In this document: positions 25,761 to 37,700 of the stretch, in pieces
How the letters are laid out: every line of letters begins with the position of its first letter
Numbering within the stretch: the first letter of the stretch is position 1
Virus record (IMG/VR): IMGVR_UViG_3300020388_000011
Location: 1-64,000 of that record
Reading direction: 5' to 3' (one strand)
DNA length: 64,000 nt
DNA from: a virus
Lineage: Duplodnaviria; Caudoviricetes
Notes under the pieces: model-generated
Databases searched by the model: none
Told to the model about the DNA's origin: nothing
The model's input: only the letters and a program-made list of their open reading frames with translations
Program-made: the position numbers and the translations under genes

Positions 25761-27842
25761 ATGGACCTCAATTCTTATATTCAGCTCAAAGAGGCATACG
25801 CTCAGGTAGGTAAGCCACAACAACTAACCGAGAGTGTTGACTCTATCTGGGAAGAAGTTGAAGCATTTGCTCACCACTTGGTAGAGGAAGAAGGACTTGA
25901 CCTAAGCGATATGACTTGGGATGAGGTCCATGAAGCTTACCTCACCGAAGTCGAAAAGGGTTGGCGTGGTCTAGAAAGAATGGGTGGTCAAATCAAAAGA
26001 GCTGGCGCAAAGATGTTCGGTAATGCGTCCCAAAGAAATGCCGCAGTGTCGTGGGAAAAATCAAAGAACGATATTGATAAGCGCAGAGGACAGAACGCAC
26101 AGAGCTCAACTGCAACTCAAGGTGAGATTGACGCAGAAACCGCTGGTCGTCGTAGGGCAGATTCCAAATACAAGCCTGGTCAAGGCGTAGATAGTGGTAA
26201 GCCACTATCTGCTAATAAGCCTAACAAGCCAGATCCTAAGCCCGATCCTAAGCCCGATCCTAAGCCCGACCCCAACAACGGTGGCGGTGGAACCCAGAAG
26301 GTTAAACCTAAGCCTGCTGCAACTGGCGCTAATGATCCAAGAAATAAAGCATACGTTGCAGCAAGAGAAAAAGCAAACGCTAAAGATGCTACTGCTGGCG
26401 ACAAAGCTGCGGCAAAGAAAACTGGTATGGATGCTTGGGCAAAAGCTAATTCAGGACTAGCAAAAGCTAAAGCAAAGAGAGACTCTACAAGAGGAACTAG
26501 TGCTACAACTAACCCCTTGATGAACGACTTGAAGAGGCGTATGCCTAAGCCTGCTGCACCCAATCCAGCCGTCCGTCCCGCAAGAACTGCACCTAAAACT
26601 GGCGCTGCCGCAAAGGCTACTCTGAAGAACTTTGCATCAGCAGGTTCTACGGCAACACCAAAACCAGTTGCTTCTAAGCCCCCTGGTTCAACATTCAATC
26701 CCAATGCACCTAAAATTATGGTTAATAATTCAGTAGAATATAGTGATTTTGATTCAGTCCTAGAGAGCCTAATGGATAATGGGTTCGGACTTGACGAAGC
26801 TCTTGCACTTATGGTCAATATGTCTGAAGAAAAAGACTGGATTCAAGGGGCTATCAAAAAGCCCGGTGCTCTTCATAGAGAAATGGGAATACCCGAAGGG
26901 GAAAAAATTCCAGAAGCTAAGCTAAAAGCCGCTGCTAAAAAAGGTGGTAAGTTAGGTGAACGTGCTCGCCTAGCAATGACTCTTAAAGGTTTTCATAAAG
27001 AAGCAAACTTTGAAGAGTGGGTAGATTTTCTACTTGCTGAAGGTGAAGATTTAAGTGACTTTAGTGTAAATGAACTTAATGATTTACTTACAGAGATGAG
27101 TAAATCTGAAAAAGAAGATAAGGAAGGTCATGCTATAGCTCTCTATAAAGATCAGTGGAAAGATCGTAAGATTGCCGATTACGATGAAACTCACGGTAGA
27201 AAAGGTAGAGCCAAAGAAATGAGAGCGGATGCTGGTGAAGACCGCAAACGCATGAAAAACATCTATGGTAAAGATTGGAAGCATAGTAAGTACTCTACTG
27301 GTGAAAATAAAGACAGTAAACAGCCTATGGAAAAGGGGATGAAGAATGAAGAGTACGGTGAAAAACGTAAAGAAGGTCATGCAATAGCTCTCTTTAAAGA
27401 TCAAGAAACAGATCGTAGAGAAGCTGACTATGATAAAGAAAAAGGTAAAGACAAAAGGTCTAGCGAATTACGTGCTGATGCTGGTGAAGACCGTAAACGC
27501 ATGAAAAAAATGTACGGTAAAGATTGGGATCATAATAAGTACTCTACTGGTGAGAAGGAAGATAGTAAAGAGCCTATGGAAAAAGGCATGAAGAGACAGA
27601 AAACCCAAAAGGAAGAAGTTGATTCTCTCTACCAGGCATACCTTTCTATGATGAGTGAGGAAGGCTGTGACGCTCGTAAGGACAAAGAGCAAGAGCGTAA
27701 GGGTACTGATGCTAGAACCGACTACAGCAAGCCCCCTGCTGCTAGTGATGGCTTCGGTAAGAAGAAGCCTTTGAGTGATGAGGATCGCAGTGCTGCTATG
27801 GCTAAGGTCGTAGCTAAACTTAAGAAGCAGGGTGGTAAGTAA
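25761..27842 (+). CDS. Lys/Glu-rich modular late protein (possible internal head protein)
   Basis: Late promoter at 25728; LKEAY, repeated acidic EG.DLSD modules, PKPD repeats, 83-aa tandem duplication. Confidence 0.65.
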   Translation: MDLNSYIQLKEAYAQVGKPQQLTESVDSIWEEVEAFAHHLVEEEGLDLSDMTWDEVHEAYLTEVEKGWRGLERMGGQIKRAGAKMFGNASQRNAAVSWEKSKNDIDKRRGQNAQSSTATQGEIDAETAGRRRADSKYKPGQGVDSGKPLSANKPNKPDPKPDPKPDPKPDPNNGGGGTQKVKPKPAATGANDPRNKAYVAAREKANAKDATAGDKAAAKKTGMDAWAKANSGLAKAKAKRDSTRGTSATTNPLMNDLKRRMPKPAAPNPAVRPARTAPKTGAAAKATLKNFASAGSTATPKPVASKPPGSTFNPNAPKIMVNNSVEYSDFDSVLESLMDNGFGLDEALALMVNMSEEKDWIQGAIKKPGALHREMGIPEGEKIPEAKLKAAAKKGGKLGERARLAMTLKGFHKEANFEEWVDFLLAEGEDLSDFSVNELNDLLTEMSKSEKEDKEGHAIALYKDQWKDRKIADYDETHGRKGRAKEMRADAGEDRKRMKNIYGKDWKHSKYSTGENKDSKQPMEKGMKNEEYGEKRKEGHAIALFKDQETDRREADYDKEKGKDKRSSELRADAGEDRKRMKKMYGKDWDHNKYSTGEKEDSKEPMEKGMKRQKTQKEEVDSLYQAYLSMMSEEGCDARKDKEQERKGTDARTDYSKPPAASDGFGKKKPLSDEDRSAAMAKVVAKLKKQGGK
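26226..26273 (+). repeat. 12-bp tandem repeat x4 (KPDP)
   Basis: aagcc(a/c)gatcct units. Confidence 0.85.
27120..27592 (+). repeat. 249-bp (83-aa) tandem duplication
   Basis: gaaggtcatgc at 27123 and 27372; both copies read KEGHAIAL...ADAGEDRKRMK...KYSTGE...PMEKGMK. Confidence 0.9.
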
Positions 27843-27873
27843 GACTAAATAAACTGTCCAACTGGAGTGTCCT

Positions 27874-28032
27874 ATGACCGTTCCACGCAATTACTTAATG
27901 AGATATTGTGTGATAGGTTACAAAGACGATGAAAAACGCGAAGAGATCTTCAATTCAGGCAGAGATGCCTGGATTATGGAGAGCTACTTAAAGCGGAATG
28001 GTTACCGAGGTGTTAGAATCTCGGTTAGATAA
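27874..28032 (+). CDS. Hypothetical small protein (not in ORF track)
   Basis: GGAG upstream of ATG; MTVPRNYLMRYCVIG...RISVR; alternative start at 27898. Confidence 0.45.
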   Translation: MTVPRNYLMRYCVIGYKDDEKREEIFNSGRDAWIMESYLKRNGYRGVRISVR

Positions 28033-28039
28033 ATAGAGT

Positions 28040-28074
28040 CTCCCTATATGGGAGGTTTTTTTTTGTGTTATAAT
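28040..28074 (+). terminator. Terminator followed by extended -10
   Basis: CTCCC-TATAT-GGGAG, T run, TGTTATAAT. Confidence 0.6.
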
Positions 28075-28112
28075 AAACATATTCCTAAATAAAATATACG
28101 CAAGTATAACTT

Positions 28113-28514
28113 ATGGATACGTATGGTTCACCCGAAGGTTATCTTTTTAACCTCCACACCTGTTCATCTTCTGAAGCAAAACGAATGTGGAAGACAGCTA
28201 TTAAGAATCAATGGAATAATAAATGTGCCTACTGTGGCTCAGATACAAACCTAACATTAGATCATATAGTTCCACGTTCAAAAGGAGGAAGTAATCATAC
28301 GACAAATGTATTATGTGCATGTGAATCATGTAATTCAGATAAAGCATATACCGAATGGATCATCTGGTATATCGAACAGCCATTCTTCACTGAAGAGCGC
28401 CGCGAGGCAATCGAAAAATGGATGTTCCCTACAGAGGAAGTAAATCCAAATCTATTTGTGCAAGAGCAACCAAAGAAAGTTTCTTATGGTCGCCGTAGAA
28501 CTAGATCATACTGA
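28113..28514 (+). CDS. HNH endonuclease
   Basis: CAYCG...TLDHIVPRSKGG...NVLCACESCNSDK. Confidence 0.9.
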   Translation: MDTYGSPEGYLFNLHTCSSSEAKRMWKTAIKNQWNNKCAYCGSDTNLTLDHIVPRSKGGSNHTTNVLCACESCNSDKAYTEWIIWYIEQPFFTEERREAIEKWMFPTEEVNPNLFVQEQPKKVSYGRRRTRSY

Positions 28515-28538
28515 CTCTTATCCTTTACATATTTTTAA

Positions 28539-28652
28539 ATGGACTCACATCCAAGCAAATTAGAAACAGAAATAGACGAATTACAAAAGGGCTTTATGGG
28601 CTCTATACTTGGAGCAATAATGTACATACTTCCCTTTATCATATTTCTTTAA
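28539..28652 (+). CDS. Small membrane peptide (37 aa, not in ORF track)
   Basis: MDSHPSKLETEIDELQKGFMGSILGAIMYILPFIIFL. Confidence 0.4.
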   Translation: MDSHPSKLETEIDELQKGFMGSILGAIMYILPFIIFL

Positions 28653-28740
28653 AAAAGTCAAGTCAAATTAGGTGTATAAATAATCGTAAGGAGATTATAT
28701 GAATGTGATTTCTTTACATTAGCCTGAATCTGACGTAGCA

Positions 28741-31700
28741 ATGATTTCATCAGAAACCAAAATTATACTAAAGCGCTCTGGTGTACAGGGGCGTATCCCA
28801 TCCTTAGCTGATCTAAAACTAGGGGAGCTGGGAGTCAATTATTATGATGGCAAACTATATTTTCGTCAAGAAAATGAAAGTGTGGGGGCTCGAATTATTG
28901 AGCCTGGTCAAGGTGACGATATTGGTAGGACTATTTTCGTAACCGTAAATGGTAACGACAACAACTCAGGTCTTAACGAGAGAGACTCCGTAAGAACTAT
29001 TAAGAAAGCTGCCGAGTTAGCAGCATATGGTGACGGCATTAAAGTTTTTCCAGGACATTATATTGAAGACAACCCCATCGAATTCCGCGATCTAGTTGCG
29101 GTTGAGGGTATGGATCTTCGTAACGTTCTAGTTACTCCAGCAAATCCAGAGAAAGATTTATATTTAGTTGGTGACGGTTTCCACGCAACTAACCATTCAT
29201 TCGTCTCTAATGTAGATTCACGTGATGGTGCTGCCATCATCTCATTCCGTCCTCTAGAAGGCACAGCATCTGATCGCTACTTTGATGCTGCTCGTCTAAT
29301 CAGAGATAACCTAGACTTCATTGCAAGTGAGACTGTCGGATTCTTAACAAGTGGGTATTCAGGTTTTGCCGCTGGTCAAAGGTCCCAAGATGCTGCGCGT
29401 GCTCTGGAGTTAAATACACAGTTCATTACTGAAGAAGCTTTCCAATACATCAATAGTCCTGATTATAAAGGACCTTCCTATGTAAATCCAGATATCAATC
29501 AGTGTCGTAGGGATCTTAAAGATATTCTAAACGGTTGGAGATATGATTTAATCTCTGATGGTAACTCTGAGTCAACGGGTGTAGGTTTAACTTATTATGC
29601 CCCTGTCAAGTTTATCAACTCAACTAATATCACTGATTTAGTTTATGACAATACTACTGGATTGCTAATACTTGAAACTGAATTAAGCACCCAGGTACTT
29701 CCTGGGCAGGAGATTAAGCTACGTGATATTCAGCTTGATTGCCCACCATATAATAATACATTCTTTATCGCAGGATTTAATTACAACAATATTAGTGGTG
29801 TTGGTACAGTAACTCTACCATTTATTCACGATATTCAAGCTGGTGATACAATCAAGCTAGATGATCTAAAGTTTGACTGTCCCCCATATGGTGCTCAATC
29901 ATATCCAGTATCTAACTTTGTTTATGATGAAACAACAGGTTCAAGTACAGTAACTCTATCTTCCGAGCATAACTTGAAGATTGGTGAAAAGATTGAACTA
30001 AGAGATCTTCAGTTTGATTGTCCTGCTTATGGTGGAACGTTCACTGATATTGTAAATCTTGAATATAATAATGTAAGTGGTGAAGCCACACTCACATATG
30101 CTGATGCTGCTAATCTAGACGTTGGTGATATAGTACTACTCTATGATATCAAACTATCTTGCCCATCATATGGCAACGCAATCTCAATTACTGGATTCGA
30201 TTACGACAACTTCACTGGTATAACCGAGACCACATTTGCGACCCCACATAATCTACGTACTGGTGATCTAGTTAAGTTTGAGAATCTTAAGTTTAGCTGC
30301 GATAGTTACTTGAGTGAGTCTTATAATATCATCGCGTTTGATTATAATAATTTAACTGGAGAAGCCCTAGCAACATTTAATACTGATCACAGCCTAACAG
30401 GTGGTAGTGATGTTACTCTAGATGACCTAGTATTTTCTTGCAATAGCTACATTCCAACGGGAATTGCTATCACATCATTCATCTATAATGAAGCTAGTGG
30501 TAACAGCATAATTGGATTGAGTCATCCTCATGATCTACAAATTGGAGACCGTTTCCAGTTAGATAATCTTGTATTTGCATGTAATAGCTATAGTTTCACA
30601 GACATTGACATTTTAAATGCTTCATATGATAATGTAACTGGCTTTGTAAACATTGCTCTAGTATCTAATCATGGCAGTCAAGTAGGTCAGCTTGTAAAAC
30701 TAACTGGTCTTGAGTATTCCTGCTCCAACTCCGGTATCACCACAACAATTTTCCCCGATGGAACGATTGGAGACGAGTTTGAGATTCTTTCAGTTCCTGC
30801 ACCCAATCAGATGATCGTCAATGTGGGTGTTTCTACTATTGCACATAGCTATGTGGATGGTGGAACCGCTACTGTTGGCATCACAACCACAGTATTCCCT
30901 GATGGAACACAGGGATTTGATTTCACTGTGACTGATTTGGTTGATTCATTGACACTCGTCACGAATGTTGGAGTGTCAACTATTGCTCACACATATGTTG
31001 GTAATGGCACACTAAAAGTTGGTTTCACGACAACGGTATTCCCAGATGGAACCCAAGGTGATAAATTCCCCGTTTTAGGAGTTCCTTCCGCCAATTCTGT
31101 CGTTATTCAAGTCGGCGTATCCACGATTGCCCACACCTACGTTGGTGGTGGCACTGCATCCAATGAGAATAATTTCTTAAGAGTATCTGATTTTGATTAC
31201 AATGATACTGACGGTACGGGTCTAGTAACCTTACTAAGGGATCACGACTTAATTGTTGGTGATAGTTTTATCCTAGAAGATCTTAAGTTCACCTGCGATA
31301 GCTATAGATCTACAGCTAATACATTGGATATTACGGACTTCCAGTATGATAATGCTACTGGGCAGTCTGTTATCACTCTAGCCTCATCTCACAATCTACA
31401 GCTAGATGACACCATAGCATTATATGATATTGAGTTCACTTGTCCAAATGGATCGGGAGTTAGTACATCTATCTTCCCTGACGGTTCTGTTCCCAACTTT
31501 TACGATGTACTTGCTGTTCTAAATCCAAACACAATCGTCACTAATGTTGGTGTATCATCAATCACCCACACATATTTTCAAGGTGGAAAGCTACAAGTTG
31601 GTATCACTACTAACATCTTCCCAGATGGAACTCTCCCAGCAGGAAATTTCTTTAGAGTAATTTCAGTTCCTGCACCAAATCAAGTTCTAACTAAAGTTGG

Positions 31701-34700
31701 AGTTAGTTCCATTGCTCATACCTATGCTTCTGGTGGAAAGTTCTATACAGGTATCACAACTAATATTTTCCCACAGACATTTGAAGATCCTAATGTAAGA
31801 GTTACTAACGCAACTTATGACAATGTGACTGGTGTAGTCACCATCATCTGTGATGATGCTCACGGTTTAGTTTCCAGTGACCTAGTACTTCTTCAGGGAC
31901 TAGAGTTCTCTTGTGCTTCAGGTGGTCCTGGTGGTGCTCCTGGCGTATTACTATTCCCACGTAACCAAGAAACTTATGAGGTTGTCAGTGTAATAGATCC
32001 TTTCAGCTATACCATTGATGTTGGTCCAAATTCTATCCCACATACATATATTTCTGGTGGTATTTCCACTCGTCAAAATATTATTGATGCAGTATATAAC
32101 AGATCCAGTGGAGAACTATCCGTTACTCTTGATAGACAGCACGGTTTGGTTAAGGGAGATAACGCAAGTGTAGTTGATTTATTATTCTCCTGTGCTTCAG
32201 GTGGTGCAGGTAATGCACCTGGACAACTATTATTCCCACGACCAACTGATGAGTTTGAAATCATAAGTTCAAATGCTTCACAATTCACAATCAACGTAGG
32301 CTCATCAATTGGGCTACCACACACATATGTTAATGGTGGATCTGCTAGTATCGGGGGAGTGACTTCTTCAATTACCAATGCATTATATGATGACGAGACA
32401 GGTTTACTTGTAGTAACAACCAGCGCCGCCTTAGCAACAACACCTGGAGCTATAATTAAAGTTCAAGGTCTAAACTTTGCGTGTAATTCTGGTGGTCCTG
32501 GTAATGATCCAGGCACAGTCATCTTCCCACGTCTAGATGTTCCAGTATTTGAAGTTGTTAATGTAGTTAATGAAACAACATATGTAATTGATGTAGGTAC
32601 TTCAACTTTAGCACATACATATATCTCTGGTGGTTTCTCTAGCCTCAAGAAAAAAATTAACGATCAAAATATCTTTGAAGTTATTGGTACACCAACACCT
32701 AACACGATCATAACTAATGTTGGCGTGAGCTCTATCCCCCACACTTATGTGAGTGGTGGTAATGGTTTCGTTGGAATCACTACTAACATCTTCCCAGATG
32801 GAACTCGTCCTACAGGAAGTCGTTTTGAAATTCTAGGTAAGCTCTCACCAAATAAAGTAATTATTGAGGTAGGAATCTCTAGCATCCCACATAATTATCA
32901 AAGTGGTGGAAGAATGCAATATGGAGAAACCAATGAGCGTGCTATTTTAGATGTTGATTATAACAACCTAACGGGTGGAGCTACGGTTATTGTACGTGGT
33001 CCTCACGGTCTATCCACTGGTGATAATGTCAAGCTCACTGGTATGGAGTTTGAATGTACTAACAGCCCAGGTATTACCACCACTATCTTCCCTGATGGGA
33101 CAGCTGCCAGTCTCAATATCTTCCCAGTAACTGGTATTATAAACAACACAACATTCACAACTAATGTGGGTCGAGTTCCTTTTGCTCACACCTATGTTCA
33201 GGGTGGAGATGCTTTTGTTGGAATCACTACTAACATCTTCCCTGATGGTACGCAAGGATATACCTATATTGTAGATTCTATTCCTTCCCCCACTCAGGTT
33301 AATCTAAATGTTGGTGTCTCCAGTATCCAGCACAATTATATTAGAGGCGGCTTACTCTTCAGTGGACAAACTAATGAGCGTGATATCGCAAACTTTGACT
33401 ATGATTTTAAATCAGGTCTAGCAATTCTAACATTTAGAGAGCCAGAAGCAAATCTCTTTACGGGTGATCTAGTTAAGCTAAAAGATCTACGCTTTGAATG
33501 TCCTAATAGTACTTCCATAACCACTAACATCTTCCCAGATGGTTCACAAGGAAACCTCTTTAAAATTACGGAGAGATTAAACCCAACGCAGTTCCAATTA
33601 GATATTGGTACATCATCATTTGCTCACATCTATGTACAAGGAACAGGAGAAGCATTCGTTGGTATTACTACTAACATCTTCCCTGATGTGGGAGGTAATC
33701 CTGGTCAGCAACCAACAAAATTATTCAATGTAATTAATATTCCAACCCCAAATACTGTTGCTGTTCAGGTTGGTCCTTCTTCCATTCCACATATCTATGA
33801 GGGTGGTGGTACACTATCAGTTGGTATTAACACAGATATTTTCCCTGGCGATAGTCAAGTATCTCCACGAGGAGACGTATTTATTGTTGATGCAATCACA
33901 GAATCTGGGGAGTTAGTAATCAACGTTGGAACTTCCACAATCACTCACGATTATGAGAGAGGTGGTCAAGTTCTATATGGTCAGAGTGCTGGTGGAGAGC
34001 TACAGCATATCACTGGTCCTGGTGTTAAGCAAGCAACCATTGCTGCTATTGATTTTGAGCGAGATATTTCCAAGTATGCTTTAAATAATCGCCCATGGGG
34101 TTCATTTATTGCTGCTGAAACGGGTCTGGTTCAACAACTTGGTTATGATAACATCAGTGGCTTCGCCACAGTAACCGTACCTGGAATCAATGTTCAGCGT
34201 GGGGATATGATAAGGATGAGTGATATTCAGTTTGTCTGCTCCGATGAGTATGCTGGACTAACTACTACATTCTTCCCAGACAATACTCGCCCAGAAGGTC
34301 AGTACTTCACGGTTGATAATCGTATTGATGAGAATAATTTTGAAACTTTCATTGGCATCTCTACGATCAAACACAACTACTTTAAAGGTGGCAACGTATA
34401 TCGTTATCGCCAAGCTCTTGATGATATTTTATACGATAGATTTAGTGGTGTAGCCAGTGTAACTTCACTAGATCACGGGTATAAGGTAGATGACGTTATT
34501 GAGATGGGTGAGATTCGTTTCTCCTGTCCAGTATTTACACCCGACTATGATATTGAAGACTTTATTTACGACAATACAACTGGTTTATCTACAGTAACAA
34601 CTACCGTTGATAATGATGTGAAAGTTGGTGATCTAATTCGTTTGGATGACATTGAACTTGATTGCCCTCCATACGGTAATGATAAAAATATTATTGACTT

Positions 34701-37700
34701 TGATTACAATAATCTTACTGGCGTATCATCAATCACTGTACTTCAGCCACATGGTCTAACATTAAACGCAAGACCACCTGTAGCAATTTCAACAGCTGTT
34801 TATGATAATGTCTCTGGAATTATTACCGTAACTACTGTAGTACCTACTAATGTTGATCTATCAATTGAAAGTGGTGTTCAGCTATCAGGTCTTGGATTCT
34901 CTTGCCTTGGTACTTCTGGTATAACAACAACAATCTTCCCAGACGATTTAGGTTTAATCTATCCTATTAAGGAGATCAATAATAGCACTACCTTCTCAGT
35001 TAAGGTTGGCGTATCAACAATCCCCCACATCTATCAAGGTGGTGGTGATGTAACTAAAGTAAGTAGGTATAGCATTAAGCTAGCTGACATTAAATTTGAC
35101 TGTCCATCTTATGGCAATTCTATTGATGTTTCTAACTTCGTATATGATAATACAACTGGAAACTCACTAGTATCTGTGGTCTCCCCACACGGTCTTAATG
35201 TTGGGGACAATATTAAGTTGTCTGATATTAAGTTCCAGTGTCCTCCATATGGAAATCAGTATAATGTTGTGGCTGCTGACTATGACAACCTTAGTGGTAT
35301 CATAACCATTACTACTAACCGCGATCTAGGTGGAATTGATATTGGCGAGACCTTAAGAATTAGAGACTTGCAGTTTGATTGCAACTCTGGAACTCCTTTC
35401 GCAATTCAGCAGATCACTTTTGACCCATTCAATGGACGTATAGCTACACTCACACTCAATGCCGATCCAAGAATTAATCCAGGTGATAGGATTAAACTAG
35501 CAGGTCTTCTATACAGAAATGCGGCTGGTGATGAGATTCCTTATCCTGATGGAAGAGATCCTAGCTATAACCTATTTGATGCTAGAACAGTAACACAAGT
35601 AAGTCCTGGTGTTTGGGAAGTTCAAGTTCAGTTTGTTAACATCACTGATACATTTGTAATCTTCCTGGTTAATGGAAATGATTACGGTACATTATTCACT
35701 GGCGTAACAGGAAACATATTCCCAGAAGATGTAGGTCCTGAAGGTGGATTCTATGATGTTCTAGGTCTTCCAGCTTCCAATCAATTCACCGCGCAAGTTG
35801 GAGTCTCAACTATTGCTCACACATACATTAGATATGGTGAAGTATTCTCTGGAGTAACTACAAACTTCTTCCCAAGCCCAAGCACACAGAACTCACCCAA
35901 AGGAAATATCTATGAGGTTATTGGAGTTCCAACTCCTAATGAAGTTAGAATTAATGTTGGCATCTCAAGTATCACTCACGTATATGGTTCAGGTGGTTCC
36001 TTATCTGTAGGTATTACTACTAATATCTTCCCTGATGGGACAGATGGTAACATATTCCCAGTCATTAGCATTGGTAGTTCAACTGAAGTTCGTGTGAAAG
36101 TTGGAACTTCTACTATCCCACACAACTATATTAGTGGTGGATTGATGGCTGTAGGTATCACTACAAACATTTTCCCAAGCAACAATCCACAAAACTCACC
36201 TCTAGGAAATATCTTTACTGTTCTTAGTAAGGATGATATGTGTCCTGATAGATTCACTATTAATGTTGGTGTATCTAGCATCCCACACTCCTATGTTGAG
36301 GGTGGAACTGTAACCACAGGAGTAACAACTGATAAGTTCCCAGATGGAACTAATGGTTTTGAATTCCCAGTTACTGAAGTATTAGATGAAGATACCTTCC
36401 TGGTGAATGTGGGACCCTCTACCATCAGCCACACTTACCTTTCTGGTGGATTTACTAGACGCATTGAAAGTCCTATCAATGACTTTATATACAATAATGA
36501 GTCTGGAGCTGCGTTGGTTGGAGTAACTAGTCATAGACTTAATGTTGGTGACCTAGTGAGGTTACGTGACATCAAGTTTGATTGTGACCCATATGGTGAT
36601 GAGAAGATGATCAGTGGGGCAAATTACAATAACTTAACAGGAAGACTAATTGTAACCACTGATACAGCACACGGGCTATCAATTAATGAGACTATCAAAC
36701 TTGCTGGCATACAGATGGATTGCCCTGCCTATGGCAATGACATTGCCATTACTGGTGCCAACTATAATAATATAAGTGGTGACATTAATGTAACAGTTGC
36801 TGCCGCACATGGTCTATCAATTGGTAGCAATGTCAAATTAGCTGGATTAGATTTTGTATGCCCCGGTGGCTCTGGTATTACTACCACAATCTTCCCCGAT
36901 GATACGGCAGCTAGCCTCAATATCTATAGAGTAACAGCAGTTCCAGCATCCAACTCATTGACAGTTAATGTGGGCACTTCAACTATCACGCACACGTATG
37001 TTGGCGGTGGAGATATCTTTGTCGGTATTACTACAAACATCTTCCCAGGTAGTGCTCAAAACTCACCACTCGGCAGTTTCTATGAGGTATTAGATACTCC
37101 CTCCCTAACAGAATTTACTTTGAATGTTGGTGTCTCATCCATCTCACACGAATATATACGTGGTGGATTGGTACAGACTGGAGTCACTACTGATATGTTC
37201 CCTGATGGAACTCAAGGTGAGTACTTTGAAGTTAATGATGTTATTAGTACCGATACATTCTCAATCAACGCAGGTATTTCTTCCATCGTCCACCGATATA
37301 ATTCAGGTGGATTCAGTTCTAAGTATTCTACTTACCAATCAAGGACTCCACAAGTTGTTGATATGTCCGTAACACGTGTACCTAGGGGCTGTGAGGCTGT
37401 AGCTGCCCGTGTAGATCAGTTGTCTAACATTGTAACCTCCATTATTAACGAAGGTCCCTCAGCGGCTCCTGGTGAGGTTCCAGTGAATGTAACTTCAGCC
37501 TCTTATAATAAACTAACAGGAGATCTTTCAGTAACTACTAATAGAGAAACTGTACTAGCTCCTAAAGATATTGTGAGGATGGAAAATCTAATCTTCCAAT
37601 GCAGTAAGACTAGCACGGTTGTAGGTGCTACTTATAATAACTTAACAGGTAAGCTTGTAATAACGACCGAAGCTAAAAACGGTATTGTTATTGGTAGTAG

